Positions 1 to 11,938 of a stretch of 64,000 bases of DNA are shown one piece after another. The position numbers were made by a program, and so were the translations under genes. Below the pieces are notes generated by a model. The model was not told the DNA's origin. It made no database searches and was given only the letters and a program-made list of their open reading frames with translations. Within the stretch, counting starts at the first letter, position 1, and each line of letters starts with the position of its first letter. Where the stretch lies: NCBI RefSeq assembly GCF_009914755.1, contig NC_060932.1, one strand, 5' to 3'. Origin of the DNA: the human T2T-CHM13v2.0 reference genome, Homo sapiens.

Positions 1-3000
1 AGACTTTGAGTCTCACACGACAATAGTGGGAGACTTTAACACTCCACTGTCAATATTAGACAGATCAATGAGACAGAAAATTAACAAGGATATTCAGGAC
101 TTGAACTCAGCTCTGGACCAAGTGAACCTAATAGACAGGTACAGAACTCTGCACCCCAAATCAAAAGAATATATATTCTTCTCAGCACCACATAGTACTT
201 ATTGTAAAATTGACCACATAATTGGAAGTAAAACACTCCTCAGCAAATGCAAAAGAACAGAAATCATAACAAACAGTCTCTCAGACCACAGTGCAATCAA
301 ATTAGAACTCAGGATTAAGATACTCACTCAAAACTGCACAACTAAATGGAAAGTGAACAACCTGCTCCTGAATGACTACTGGGTAGATAACGAAATTAAG
401 GCAGGAACGAATAAGTTATTTGAAACCAGTGAGAACAAAGACAAAACATACCAGAATCTCTGGGACACAGCTAAAGCAGTGTTTAGTGGGAAATTTATAG
501 CACTAAACGCGCACAGGAGAAAGCAGGAAAGATCTAAAATCGACACCCTAACATCACAATTAAAAGAACTAGAAAAGTAAAAGCAAATACATTCAAAAGC
601 TAGCAGAAGACAAGGAATAACTAAGATCAGAGAAGAACTGAATGAGGTAGAGACACAAAAAACCCTTCAAAAAAATCAGTGAACCCAGCAGCTTCTTGTT
701 TGAAAAGATTGACAAAATAGATAGATGGCTAGCGAGACTAATAAAGAAGAAAAGAGAAAAGAATCAAAAAGACACAATAAAAAATGATAAAGGGAATATC
801 ACCACCGATCCCACAGAAATACAAACTACCATCAGAGAATACTATAAACACCTCTATGCAAATAAACTAGAAAACCTAGAAGAAATGGATAAATTCCTGG
901 ACACATACACCCTCCCAAGACTAAACCAGGAAGAAGTCGAATCCCTGAATAGACCAATAACAAGTTTTGAAATTGAGGCAGTAATTAATAGTCTACGACC
1001 CAAAAAAAGCCCTGGACCAGATGGATTCACAGCCGAATTTTACCAGAGGTACAAAAAGGAGCTGGTACCATTCCTTCTGAAACTATTCCAAACAATAGAA
1101 AAAGAAAGACTCCTCCCTAACTCATTTTATGAGGCCAGCATCATCCTGATACCAAAACCTGGCAGAGACACAACAAAAAAAGAAAATTTCAGGCCTATAT
1201 CCCCGATAAACATCAATGCAAAAATACTCAATAAGATACTGGCAAACCGAATCCAGCAGCACATCAAAAAGCTTATGCACCACAATCAAACTGGCTTCAT
1301 TCCCGGGATGCAAGGCTGGTTAAACATACGCAAATCAATAAACGTAATCCATCACATAAACAGAAGCAATGACAAAAACCACATGATTATCTCAATAGAG
1401 GCAGAAAAGGCCTTTGATAACATTTAACACCCCTTCATGCTAAAAACACTCAATAAACTAGGTATTGATGGAACGTATCTCAAAATAATAAGAGCTATTT
1501 ATGACAAACCCACAGCCAATATCATACTGAATGGGCAAAAGCTGGAAGCATTCCCTTTGAAAACCGGCACAAGACAAGGATGTGCCTTGTCACCACTCCT
1601 ATTCAACACAGTATTGGAAGTTCTGGCCAGGGCAGTCAGGCAAGAGAAAGAAATAAAGGGTATTCGAATAGGAAGTGAGGAAGTCAAATTATGTCTGTTT
1701 GCAGATGACATGATTGTATATTTAGAAAACCCCATCATCTCAGCCCAAAAACTCCTTAAGCTGATAAACCACTTCAGCAAAGTCTCAGGATACAAAATCA
1801 ATGTTCAAAAATCACAAGCATTCCTATACACTAATAATAGTCAGAGATCCGAATCATGAGCAAATTCCCATTCACAATTGCTACAAAGAGAATAAAATAC
1901 CTAGGAATACAACTTACAAGGGATATGAAGGACCTCTTCAAGGAGAACTACACACCACTGCTCAAGGAAATAAGAGAGGACACAAACAAATGGGAAAACA
2001 TTCCATGCTCGTGGATAGGAAGAATCAATATCATGAAAGTGTCCATACTGCCCAAAGTAATTTATAGACTCAATGCTATTCCCATCAAGCTACCATGGAT
2101 TTTCTTCACAGAATTAGAAAAAACTACTTTAAATTTCATATGGAACCAAAAAAGAGCCTGTATAGCCAAGACAATCCTAAGCAAAAATAACAAGGCTGGA
2201 GGCGTCACGCTACCTGACTTCAAACTGTACTACAAGGCTACAGTAACCAAAACAGCATGGTACTGGTACTGAAACAGATATATAGACCAACGGAACAGAA
2301 CAGAGGCCTCAGAAACAATACCACAAATCTACAACCATCTGATCTTTGACGAACCTGAGAAAAACAAGCAATGGGGAAAGGATTCCCTATTTAACAAATG
2401 GTGTAGGGAAAACTGGCTGGCCATATGCAGAAAACCAAAACTGGACCCCTTTCTTACACCTTATACGAAAATTAACTCAAGATGGATTAAAGATTTAAAC
2501 TTAGGACCTCAAACCATAAAATCCCTAGAAGAAAACCTAGGCAATACCATTCAGGACATAGGCATGGGCAAAGACTTCATGACTAGAACTCCAAAAGCAA
2601 TGGCAACAAAAGCCAAAATTGACAAATGGGATCTAATTAAACTAAAAAGCTTCTGCACAGCCAAGAAACTATCATCAGAGTGAATAGGCAGCCTACAGAA
2701 TGGGAGAAAATTTTTGCAATCTATCCATCTGACAAAGGGCTAATATCAAGAATCTACAAGGAACTTAAACAAATGTACAGGAATAAAAAAAAAAACATCA
2801 AAAAGTGGGCAAAGGGTATGAACAGACACTTCTCAAAAGAAGACATTTATGCGGCCAAAACATATGAAAAAAAAGCTCATCATCACTGGTCGTTAGAGAA
2901 ATGCAAATCAAAACCACATCTCATGCCAGTTAGAATGGCGATCATTAAAAAGTCAGGAAACAACAGATGCTGGAGAGGATGTGGAGAAATAGGAACGCTT

Positions 3001-3945
3001 TTACACTGTTGGTGGCAGTGTAAATTAGTTCAACCACTGCGGAAGACAGTGTGGCGATTCCTCAAAGATAGAGAACTAGGAATACCATTTAACCCAGCAA
3101 TCCCATTACTGAGCGTATACCCAAAAGATCATAAATCATTCTACTATAAAAACACATTCACACATATGTTTATTGTAGCACTATTTACAATAGCAAAGAC
3201 TTGGAACCAACCCACATGCCCATCAGTGCTAGGCTGGATAAAGAAAATGTGGCACATATACACCATGGAATACTATGCAGCCATAAAAAAGAATGAGTTC
3301 GGCCAGATGCTGTGGCTCACTCCTATAATCCCAGCACTATGGGATGCCAAGGTGGGCAGGTCATGAGGTCAAGAGATTGACACCAATCTGGCCAGCCTGG
3401 TAAAACCCCATCTCTACTAAAAAATTCAAAACTTAGCTGGGTGTTGTGGCGCATTCCTGTAGTCCTAGCTACTCTGGAGGCTGAGGGAACAGAATCGCTT
3501 GGATCCGGGAGGTGGAGGTTGCAGTGAGCCGAGACTGTGACAATGCATACCAGCCTGGTGACAGAGCGAGGCACCATCTCAAAAACACAAAAACAAAAAC
3601 AAAAAAGAATGAGTTCATGTCCTTTGCAGGGACATGGATGAAGTTGGAAACCATCATTCTCAGCAAACTAACACGGGAACAGGAAACCAAACACTGCATG
3701 TTCTCACTCGTCAGTAAACACTGAACAACGATAACATATGGGCAAGGGGGGAACATCATACACAGGGGCCTGTCGGGTAGTGGGGGACAAGGGGAGGAAT
3801 AGCATTAGGAGAAATGCCTAACGTAGATGACTGGTTGAAGGGTGCAGCAAACCACCATGGCAAGTGTATACCTATGTAACAAACCTGCAGGTTGTGCACA
3901 TGTACCCTAGAACTTAAAGTATAATAAAAAGATTTATAAAAAAAA
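1..3945 (+). mobile_element. LINE-1 'L1-A', L1PA7-like; 5' part lies outside the window; disrupted ORF2, 3' UTR and A-tail
   Basis: ORFs 26-580, 696-1427, 1437-1859 (LFADDMI RT motif), 1856-2272 and 2680-3366 are ORF2 pieces broken by stops and frameshifts. The 3' UTR (agcattaggagaaatgcctaacgtagatgac...gcaaaccaccatggc...aacttaaagtataataaaaa) resembles L1PA7. Confidence 0.95.
3301..3600 (+). mobile_element. AluS (AluSc-like), decayed, inserted in the ORF2 3' end of L1-A
   Basis: Alu dimer with gaggtcaagagattga; perfect 16-bp TSD aaaaaagaatgagttc at 3285-3300 and 3601-3616. Confidence 0.93.
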
Positions 3946-4954
3946 TTAAATCCTCCAAGCTGTAAGTATAACTCAGCAAAGAAAAAGGCATGATAATTGT
4001 TAGGCTATTTTTAAAATATACTGATCCATTTTGTTGCCATTTTTTTCTGAAACCAAAGAAATAATGAGCTTATCAACATGAATATTAGAAGTGGAAGAGA
4101 ATATTATTTAATAAGTTTATCTCGCAGGCATACCAAAAATGTTACATTAAGAAACTTGAAGAAAATATGAAAAGCATGAAAGAACCAAAGACAAATCACC
4201 TTTATTAATAAAAGATGAAGACTACAAGTTAGTTGATTTGCTAATGTGTATGAGTAGAAATTGCTGAACGAAATAGTACAAAGTACAGCAGCTAGGAAAA
4301 CAGATAAGAAATAATATCTAATCAAAATCCAATAAATCAGAAAAAAACATGAAGTAAACAGTTTCCAAATTATTTCTCAATAGAAAAGTGCAACATCAGG
4401 CTTTGGAAAGGTACTTTTAGCACGAAAGAGTTATTATTTCATATTTGGCTCAATTTTGTGCTTTCTTGAAATAATATATGTATAATGACTTAATATTTTC
4501 ACTAAGATTTTGCTCAAATTTTTATAATTTACTTTAGATAAATTTGTTTAGAACTCTTAGCTCAAAATACCATGAATATATTAATAATGCCATATTACTC
4601 AGCCTTTGCATTGAAATGTTAATGACATACAGATATGTTAAAATTTTGGTAATATTCAGGCCGTAAACCAATTGGTACCCAATTTTTGGCCGAGATGTGT
4701 ACGTTTGGGTTCCTACCTGTTTATTTCATCCACCAAGAATGTACTGTGTGTTTCTGATATGCCATACATGGGCACAATATAGAGTGTACTGTCGGATGAA
4801 ACATGATTATAAACAAAATCAAACCAAACAAGGTAAGTAGATACAGACTGATGAGGGTTACAGGAGCATTTTAAATAGAGGTTGGAAACCTGAAAGAAGT
4901 AAAGGATGGAGTGTCGCAGGTGTTCTGGTGCCTGGAGAGATGGGAAGAAGGAGG

Positions 4955-5210
4955 TTATCAGGTCATGGGCGTAGAGCCCTCAGGATGGGGTTTGTGCCCT
5001 TTTAAAAGAGGCCCCAGAGAGAGCCATCACCCTTTCCCACACAGCCAGAAAGCGCTGGCCATGAACCAGGACACTGTCTTCAGCAGACACCATGTCTGCC
5101 ACGCTTTGATCTAAGACTTCGCCCTCTGGAACTGTAAGGAGTAAATCTCAGCTCTTTATGAGCCACCAGCCTATAGTATTCTGTTAGCAGCCTGGATGGA
5201 TTATGATAAG
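4955..5210 (+). mobile_element. MaLR LTR fragment (MLT1A-like)
   Basis: gagccctcaggatgggg...cccttttaaaagaggccccagagag...ggaactgtaagg...agcctatagtattctgttagcagcc resembles the MLT1 LTR 3' half. Confidence 0.6.
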
Positions 5211-6102
5211 ATGTGATTTTGGTTTTTCTCTGTTTTTAAAACATTATGAGAGACAGAGATGACTTCATTAAGCCATATGCACATACGTGGGTTTTTGTGT
5301 TGTATTTTATATATACATATATAATTTTAATTTTGAATACATGAATTCTAATATATACACAAATATTGATATCAGTGATTTTCAAATTTATCCTGCCCAA
5401 TTCATCCTTTTTATATGAAACGTTTTATCAGCCCTTCTCTTTGTCCTCTATTGAAATTCATACTGACCTAGGCATATCATAAAAAAGTAAAATCAAATCA
5501 AAACATTTATAAATATAATATGCATAAAAAATTTAAAAAAAGGACAGTTTACAGCAGAATGGGCATGCATTTCCCTCTAATTGACCACTGTGTTTTACAC
5601 TGAAAACAATGAAATTGTTGGCTGCTTGCAGCTTTGTGAGGAACTCTTAAGAACGCTGCCTAGAGAAACACAAATGGGAATTGCTTCAATAACAAATAAA
5701 ATGCCATCATGTCATTGAAACTGGACGTATTTTTTTCAAGAAAAAGGAACTTGTGCTAAAGTTCATAATCAAAGATTACACAGCGTTTTCTCAACCTATT
5801 TTTGTGTGCAAAAACCATGTAAAAATGATTTATCTCATATGAAAAAGAAGTGCAGTCATATTCTGGACTCAGGTAGTTACAAGAAGGTTTTCTCATCTTC
5901 AGAAAGATTCGGAAGTTTTATAGAAATGGGATGTGGTCCTGCACTGGAAACCTACTCATCCAGCGGTGTGGAGCATCCCAGCATAGCTGTTCCTGACACT
6001 GTAAAGAACAAAACTGCCCATGAAGTTCCCAAGCTTAGAGGGCAGGTGAGTCATCATTAAAAACCACCAATTTAGGTAAAAATAATGTATTCTTTTGAAT
6101 TA

Positions 6103-6450
6103 TGTGTCTCTGTGTGCGAATGTGTCTGTGTGTGTGGTGTGTGTGTGTAGGTGTGGGGCTTGGGTGTGTCATCTGTGTATGTTTATGTGTGTCTGTATGT
6201 GTAGTGTGTGCATGTGTATATATGTAGTGTGTGTGTGAAAGGGTTGTGTGTGGGAGGTGTGAATGTGTGTAGGGTGTGCATGTGTGTATATGTAGGGTCT
6301 CTGTGAGAGGTGTGTGTGTGTGTATGGTGTGTGTGTGTGTCTGTGAGAGGGGTGTGTGTGTATATAGTGTGTACATGTGTGTATATGTAGGGTCTCTTTG
6401 TGTCTGTGAGAGGTGTGAGTGTGTGTATTTATATGTGGGGACTGTGCATG
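6103..6450. repeat. Imperfect (TG)n-rich low-complexity tract
   Basis: About 350 bp of interrupted TG repeats with recurring gtctgtgagagg; explains the His/Thr and Cys/Val ORFs here. Confidence 0.9.
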
Positions 6451-9400
6451 CTTGCATTGGTAAGACACTGCACTAGATTCATTGATGTTGAGGGGACCAA
6501 GTTTACTTCTGCTCATGTTCTTTGCCCAACCTGGAAATCCTTGTGGAAAGCCCATCCCTTCCTTAATTCTATTAAACTTCAGTCTGTCTTGTGATGCTTT
6601 TCAATTCTCACGCATTCCGGAAAGTCAGTCCTGATTCTTCTGATCCAAACATTCCTTTCTTCTCTGCATTCTCCGGAAACTTAGACTTTACACCTACTGT
6701 TTAGCCATCAACATATGTCTTCTTTTTCCAAGTAGATTGTTGGCTTTCTGAGGGCAAGGACTGACTGCTTCTGTCATCCGCCAGGCTGTCACCTGTAATG
6801 GCAGGTGGAGGTGGAGGCTTCCTGTTTGTCATCATTGAGTGCTTTCCTTGCACATGCAGCTCATCTCAGATTTGGCTTTATGTTGAATATTATCTCACAG
6901 TATGTGTGCATTGTCCATTTTCACAGCCAGCAGATTTGAAAAGAGGAAATAACCAGCACTGATTACAAAGTATGAAAGTCATGGATACCTTTCTGTTTTT
7001 TCAGATCCATAACAATGTAGCTCAGCAGTGCAACAGATTCGAGAAGCAATTAGATTCAACTGCTTCAGTATGATTTTTGTGCATCATTAAGAAGTTACAT
7101 AAATTGTCTTTATTCCTTACATCTGGGCTTCTTACACATACAGACACCTACTTACAGAAGAAAATAAAGGCTTTCCATCACATTTTCTAACTGTAATCAA
7201 AATAAGTGGTTAGATGCCTGCTGATATAAAGGTACTCTTTTTTTTCTAAGTTAACATGGGAAATTGATCATTTCCATTTATGCATTACATTTTTATTAAA
7301 AATTTATTATGATATCATAGTTTGATTATTGAAGGATGAAGTCCTTGCTACTCACTAAAGGTGGTCAACTATCACAGCATTTTCTGAAATAATAAATTGG
7401 ATATTGGAGTGAAAAGATTAGTCACATCTGTCACTTACTGAGACAAATTCTCTTGACAGCTCAAAAAACTCACCCTCTTTTGCTTAACAAAGGAAACCCA
7501 CAGTTGCAGCACTCCTGCATTTTGAAATTAACACAAATAAGTGCAGCAATCTAAATACCACCTGCGATGTTCTCCCACTGTATGTCCACACCCTTTGCTG
7601 CTTGTGAGTCTGTGTCCCCCTGGCAGACCCATAAGTGCATGGAGACCTTCTCAATGTGTAGAAAGTGCTTTCCTATAATATCCTTGCTATTTATTATATT
7701 TCTTACATTTACTTTTTCTCCATAAACCAATTAATGTCCTTTGTTAGTGGGACATCACCTCAACACAAGCTCAACCCCTGCAGGTATTAAAATTTCCCCC
7801 GTGCCACATTGAACTCAGCACAAAAGTCCTGAAACAAGCAGTAAATATAGTTGTGATAACATTCACTCTAGGGTTTTGCATAAATAGATTTTGAAAGTCT
7901 TGGGCTACACAGAATGTTCTGTAATTCTAAACTTCCTATCTGAATGCATTTTGATTTAATGCAGGCAAGTGTACCAGCCTCAGATGCAAAGACCCAGTGA
8001 CTAAAGACATTAATGCTCATCTGAAGCAAAGACAAGAGTAGAGGAGCAGATTTTGAAAAAGGCAAAAATGGAAGGGGAAAGGTAATGCAGATGAGGAGAA
8101 AAAAGGAATCAAAAAGAGAATAAATAGCTGTGCATATGCTTATCTGTGTGTGTACTTGTGCACATACACAAGACCACAAAAGCCATGTTATAGTGATAGC
8201 CTCTTATTAGAAAAACAGGGATACATTTTCATTCAATTCTAATATCTACTGTAAAATAAAACGTGAAACATTGCATAATTCAGCAAGAAAATTAGAATTC
8301 AGTCCAGTTTCTATAAATTAAGGGGTAGAGTTTAGTTTTCCTTTCAGAAGCCAGACCACACCAGCACAAAGAAGACAGACAACTCGCTCAGTGCTTCTGG
8401 CATGACTCTGGCATTGGAAATCCGGATGAACGATTTCTTGTCACTGACATAATTGCATTATTCAAGCTTTATGGTAAAGTCAGGCTTAGGTTAATAACAT
8501 TAATCTCCCCTTTATTTCCCTAGATCTTATATATAATTCCTAGGGTGCATAGACGTGTGAGGATGATAAACCAAAAGGGTTTCTAAAAGCACATGAACCT
8601 CTGTGTGTATCGTGTGAAATCAGTGAAGAAAATCAGTGAAGAGTTGGTCCCACCATATTAAGCCATATTTGAATTGTTCTGGACTATTCCATGGCCTGGC
8701 TCACTCATCAGATACTGGTTTAATTTTAAAAAGAAAGATAATCTTATGACGGTGCATTCATACCCAGAATAGAGCCTGGGTGGGCCAGGCTGTCATACGG
8801 GAAAGAAAGAAATAGAAAGCCAGCCATGCCTCTGATGCTGTTTCCAGAAAGAGGTATCGGCATTGGTGAGAGTTGATGGTTCTTTAGAAACTCAGAGGGA
8901 GCCCTATTCAAGGTCTCCAGGATCAGCCACTGGGGGATGGGGGGTCCTGCATTTGAGTTATCAGGAGCCCTGCAGGTGATTCTCACGTGCCCTGAAATCC
9001 CAGAATCAGAGAACCACTGCTCTAAGATCCTGCCCCAGGCTCAGGGCCCATGGGAAGATGCTATGATTCTTGCCACAGCTTGCTCACCCAGGCGACCGAA
9101 TCACTTAACCAGCTCTGACTTACCACCCCCAGCCCGTCTGTAGGACTTGGCCTGGAACAGCACATATCCACCTTGATGGAGGGATGCAGAGCCTGTAGTC
9201 AGGCATACGGAGGTGCTGAAGGCTGTCTGGCTTGCTGTGTGGGCCAGGCATAGTGGATAGTCACACTATCAGACCATCAGAGAGTGAGGCTGTCCTTTGC
9301 ACAGACATGAATATCGTCACGTGTCCCTGCAGGAAGAGAGTTTTATGCACGCTACCTTAGTATTGACTTCATATACATAGGGGAAAATTCTATTTAAAAT

Positions 9401-10117
9401 GCTTCTGGTCAATGATTTGAGCTCAGCTTGCCTGGAGTGTAATTTACCAGAAAGAAAAAAATGGACTTCATTAAAATTAGAGACCTCTGCTCTGCAAAAG
9501 ACACTGTTCATACAATAAGAAGACAAGCCAGAGACTAGCAGCAAGTGTTTTTAAAAGGTGTGTCTGATAAAACACTGATACCCAAAATATACAAAGAATC
9601 CTTAAAACTCAGCAATAAGAAAATAACCCAATTAAAACATGGACAAACAATCTGTACATATCACCAAAAAAAAAAAAAATATGCTGATCGGAACTAAGTA
9701 AATGAAAGAGACTTTAGAAAAGCTCATGTTAAAATAATGACATACTGAACACACCTACTAGAATGGCTAAAATCCAAAGCACTGACAATACCAAATGCTG
9801 GTGAGGATGTGGAGCAAAAGGAACTCTCATGCATGGCTGGTGGGAAGGCAAAATAGCACAGTGGCTTTGGAACACAGTTTGAAGATTTCTTATAAAACTA
9901 AACATATTATATGATCCAGCAATCATAGTCCTAGATATCTACTTAAGTAAGCTAAAAACTTATGTCCACACAACAACCTTCACATGGATGTGTATAGTAG
10001 CTTTCTTCATAATTGGCAAGAGTTGGAAGCAATGAAGATTTCTTTAATAGGTGAATGAATAAACAAGCTGTGGTACATTCGTGCAATGGAATGTTATTCA
10101 GTGATATAAAGAAGGGA

Positions 10118-10410
10118 GGCGAGGGGCCGTGGTTCACATTTGTAATCTTAACACTTTAGAAAACCAAGGCTGGAGGATTGTTTGAAGCCAGTAGTTCAAG
10201 TCCGGCCTGGGCAACATAGTGAGATCCTGTTTCAAAACCAAAAAACTTAGCCAGGCGTAGTAATGCACACCTGTAGTACTAGCTACTCAGGAGGCTGAGG
10301 CAGGAGGATTGTTGGAGTAGAGTTCAAGGTTACAGTGAGCTATGACCATGCCACTGCATTTCAGCCTGGGTGCCAGAGCAAGACTTTGTCTCTAAAACAG
10401 GAAAAAGGAG
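10118..10410 (+). mobile_element. AluJ
   Basis: AluJ-type segments ggaggattgtttgaagccagtagttcaag, gggcaacatagtgagatcc and gtgagctatgacc; heavily decayed. Confidence 0.85.
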
Positions 10411-10471
10411 AAAGAAAGACAAACAAATGAGCTATCATGGCCACAAAAAGGCATGTAGGAACCTTGAATGT

Positions 10472-10845
10472 TGATATGGTTTGGCTGTGGCCTCACCCAA
10501 ATCTCATCTTGAATTGTAGTTCTCATAATCCCCATATGTCATGCGAGGGGCCCAGTGGGAGGTAACTGAATCATGGGGGCAGCTACCCGCATGCTGCTGT
10601 TCTCGTGATAGTGGGTGAGTTCTCACGTGATCTGATGGTTTTATAAGGGACTTTTCCCCATTGCTCAGAACTTCTCATTTCTGTCACCATGTGAAGAAGG
10701 ACCTGTTTGCTTCCCCTTTCACCATGATTGTAAGTTTCCTGAGGCCTCCCCAGCCCACAGAACTGAGTCCATTAAACTGCTTTCCTTTATAAATTACCCA
10801 GTCTCATGTATGTCTTTATTAGCAGCATGAGAATGAACTAATACA
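10472..10845 (+). mobile_element. THE1 (THE1C/D-like) MaLR solo LTR
   Basis: tgatatggtttggctgtg...aactaataca with TG...CA ends; 5-bp TSD aatgt/aatgc. Confidence 0.92.
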
Positions 10846-11906
10846 AATGCACACTACTAAGTGAAAGGAGCCCATCTGAAAAGGTTACATACTGTGTGAT
10901 TCCAACTCTACGACATTTGTTGGAAAGGAAAACCATGAAGACAGTAAAAAGATTGGGGGCTACTGGAGTTTGCGGGAAGAGAGGGATGAACAGGCAGAGC
11001 ACAGAGGATTTTTCGGGCCGTGAAACTACCCTGTATGATACCATAGTTGTGGGTACATGTCATTACACATTTGTTAAAACTTCTAGAGCCCTACAACACC
11101 AACAGTGAACCCTAAAGCAAACTGAGGACTTTAATTACTAAAATGTATCATGCTAGTTCATCAGTTTTAACAAATGCACCTCACTAGTGCAGGATTTTGA
11201 CAGAGTGGAGACCCAGGGGTGGTGTCAGAGGATACAAGGGACTCTGTACTTTCTGTTTAATTTTTCTGTAAACCTAAAACTGCTCAGAAAAGAAAGTCTA
11301 TTAATTTTTAAAAAGATATGAAACTTATGTCTTCAAAAGATTTTTTTCTCAAATAAGATACTCTTGGTATATGTTACAAACTTAAAACCATTACATAAAT
11401 ATTTTAAACTTCTGGGACCAAATTTCTTTTCAAGTAGATACAAAGATCTATTTTCTTTGAGGCACACTTATTCCTTCTTTGTGAAACCACTATGGTTTAA
11501 AATCTTAAGCACATAAACTTTAACTCGTCTACAAGTCTACATTTATGAACTGCGTAGGAAATGACCCTCAGGAAGAATAAGTGGAGTTGAAGGGTTAATG
11601 AGACATCATGCAACACACGCATCTATAATAAAACAGGTGAAAAAGACCCATTCTCCTGTATGATTGTAGACATTGTAAATATGTTACAGAAGATTGATTT
11701 ATGATAGAGAATTTGAAAAACATGGTGTTATCATCAGACTTATAAATCAAATATTAAATGAGAGAAATCTGCATTGATATTAAATCTACAATGGAAGGCA
11801 ATTTCACACAAAATATCTCATTGTCTCTATTTCATTGCCCATTATGCTAATGTCCACATGTGTGGGAGGGTGTTTGAGACTCTGGACCTTGGAGGGGAAT
11901 ACTGAA

Positions 11907-11912
<6 letters not shown>

Positions 11913-11938
<26 letters not shown>
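11913..11938. repeat. (GT)13 microsatellite
   Basis: Perfect dinucleotide run. Confidence 0.95.

Larger units (their letters stand above)
9455..11315 (+). mobile_element. Old L1M (L1MC/L1MB-like) 3' region, interrupted by an AluJ and a THE1 LTR
   Basis: atggacttcattaaaatt...gctggtgaggatgtggagcaaaaggaactctc...; terminus gtaaacctaaaactgctc...gtctattaatttttaaaaa. Confidence 0.8.

Noticed and set aside
578-580. Same CAA-to-TAA stop after KELEK in L1-A (578) and L1-D (61915)
   Set aside because: A single shared site between different subfamilies whose neighbouring bases are not homogenised; coincidence is sufficient.
6035-6594. His/Thr-rich and Cys/Val-rich ORFs
   Set aside because: Artefacts of the TG tract.
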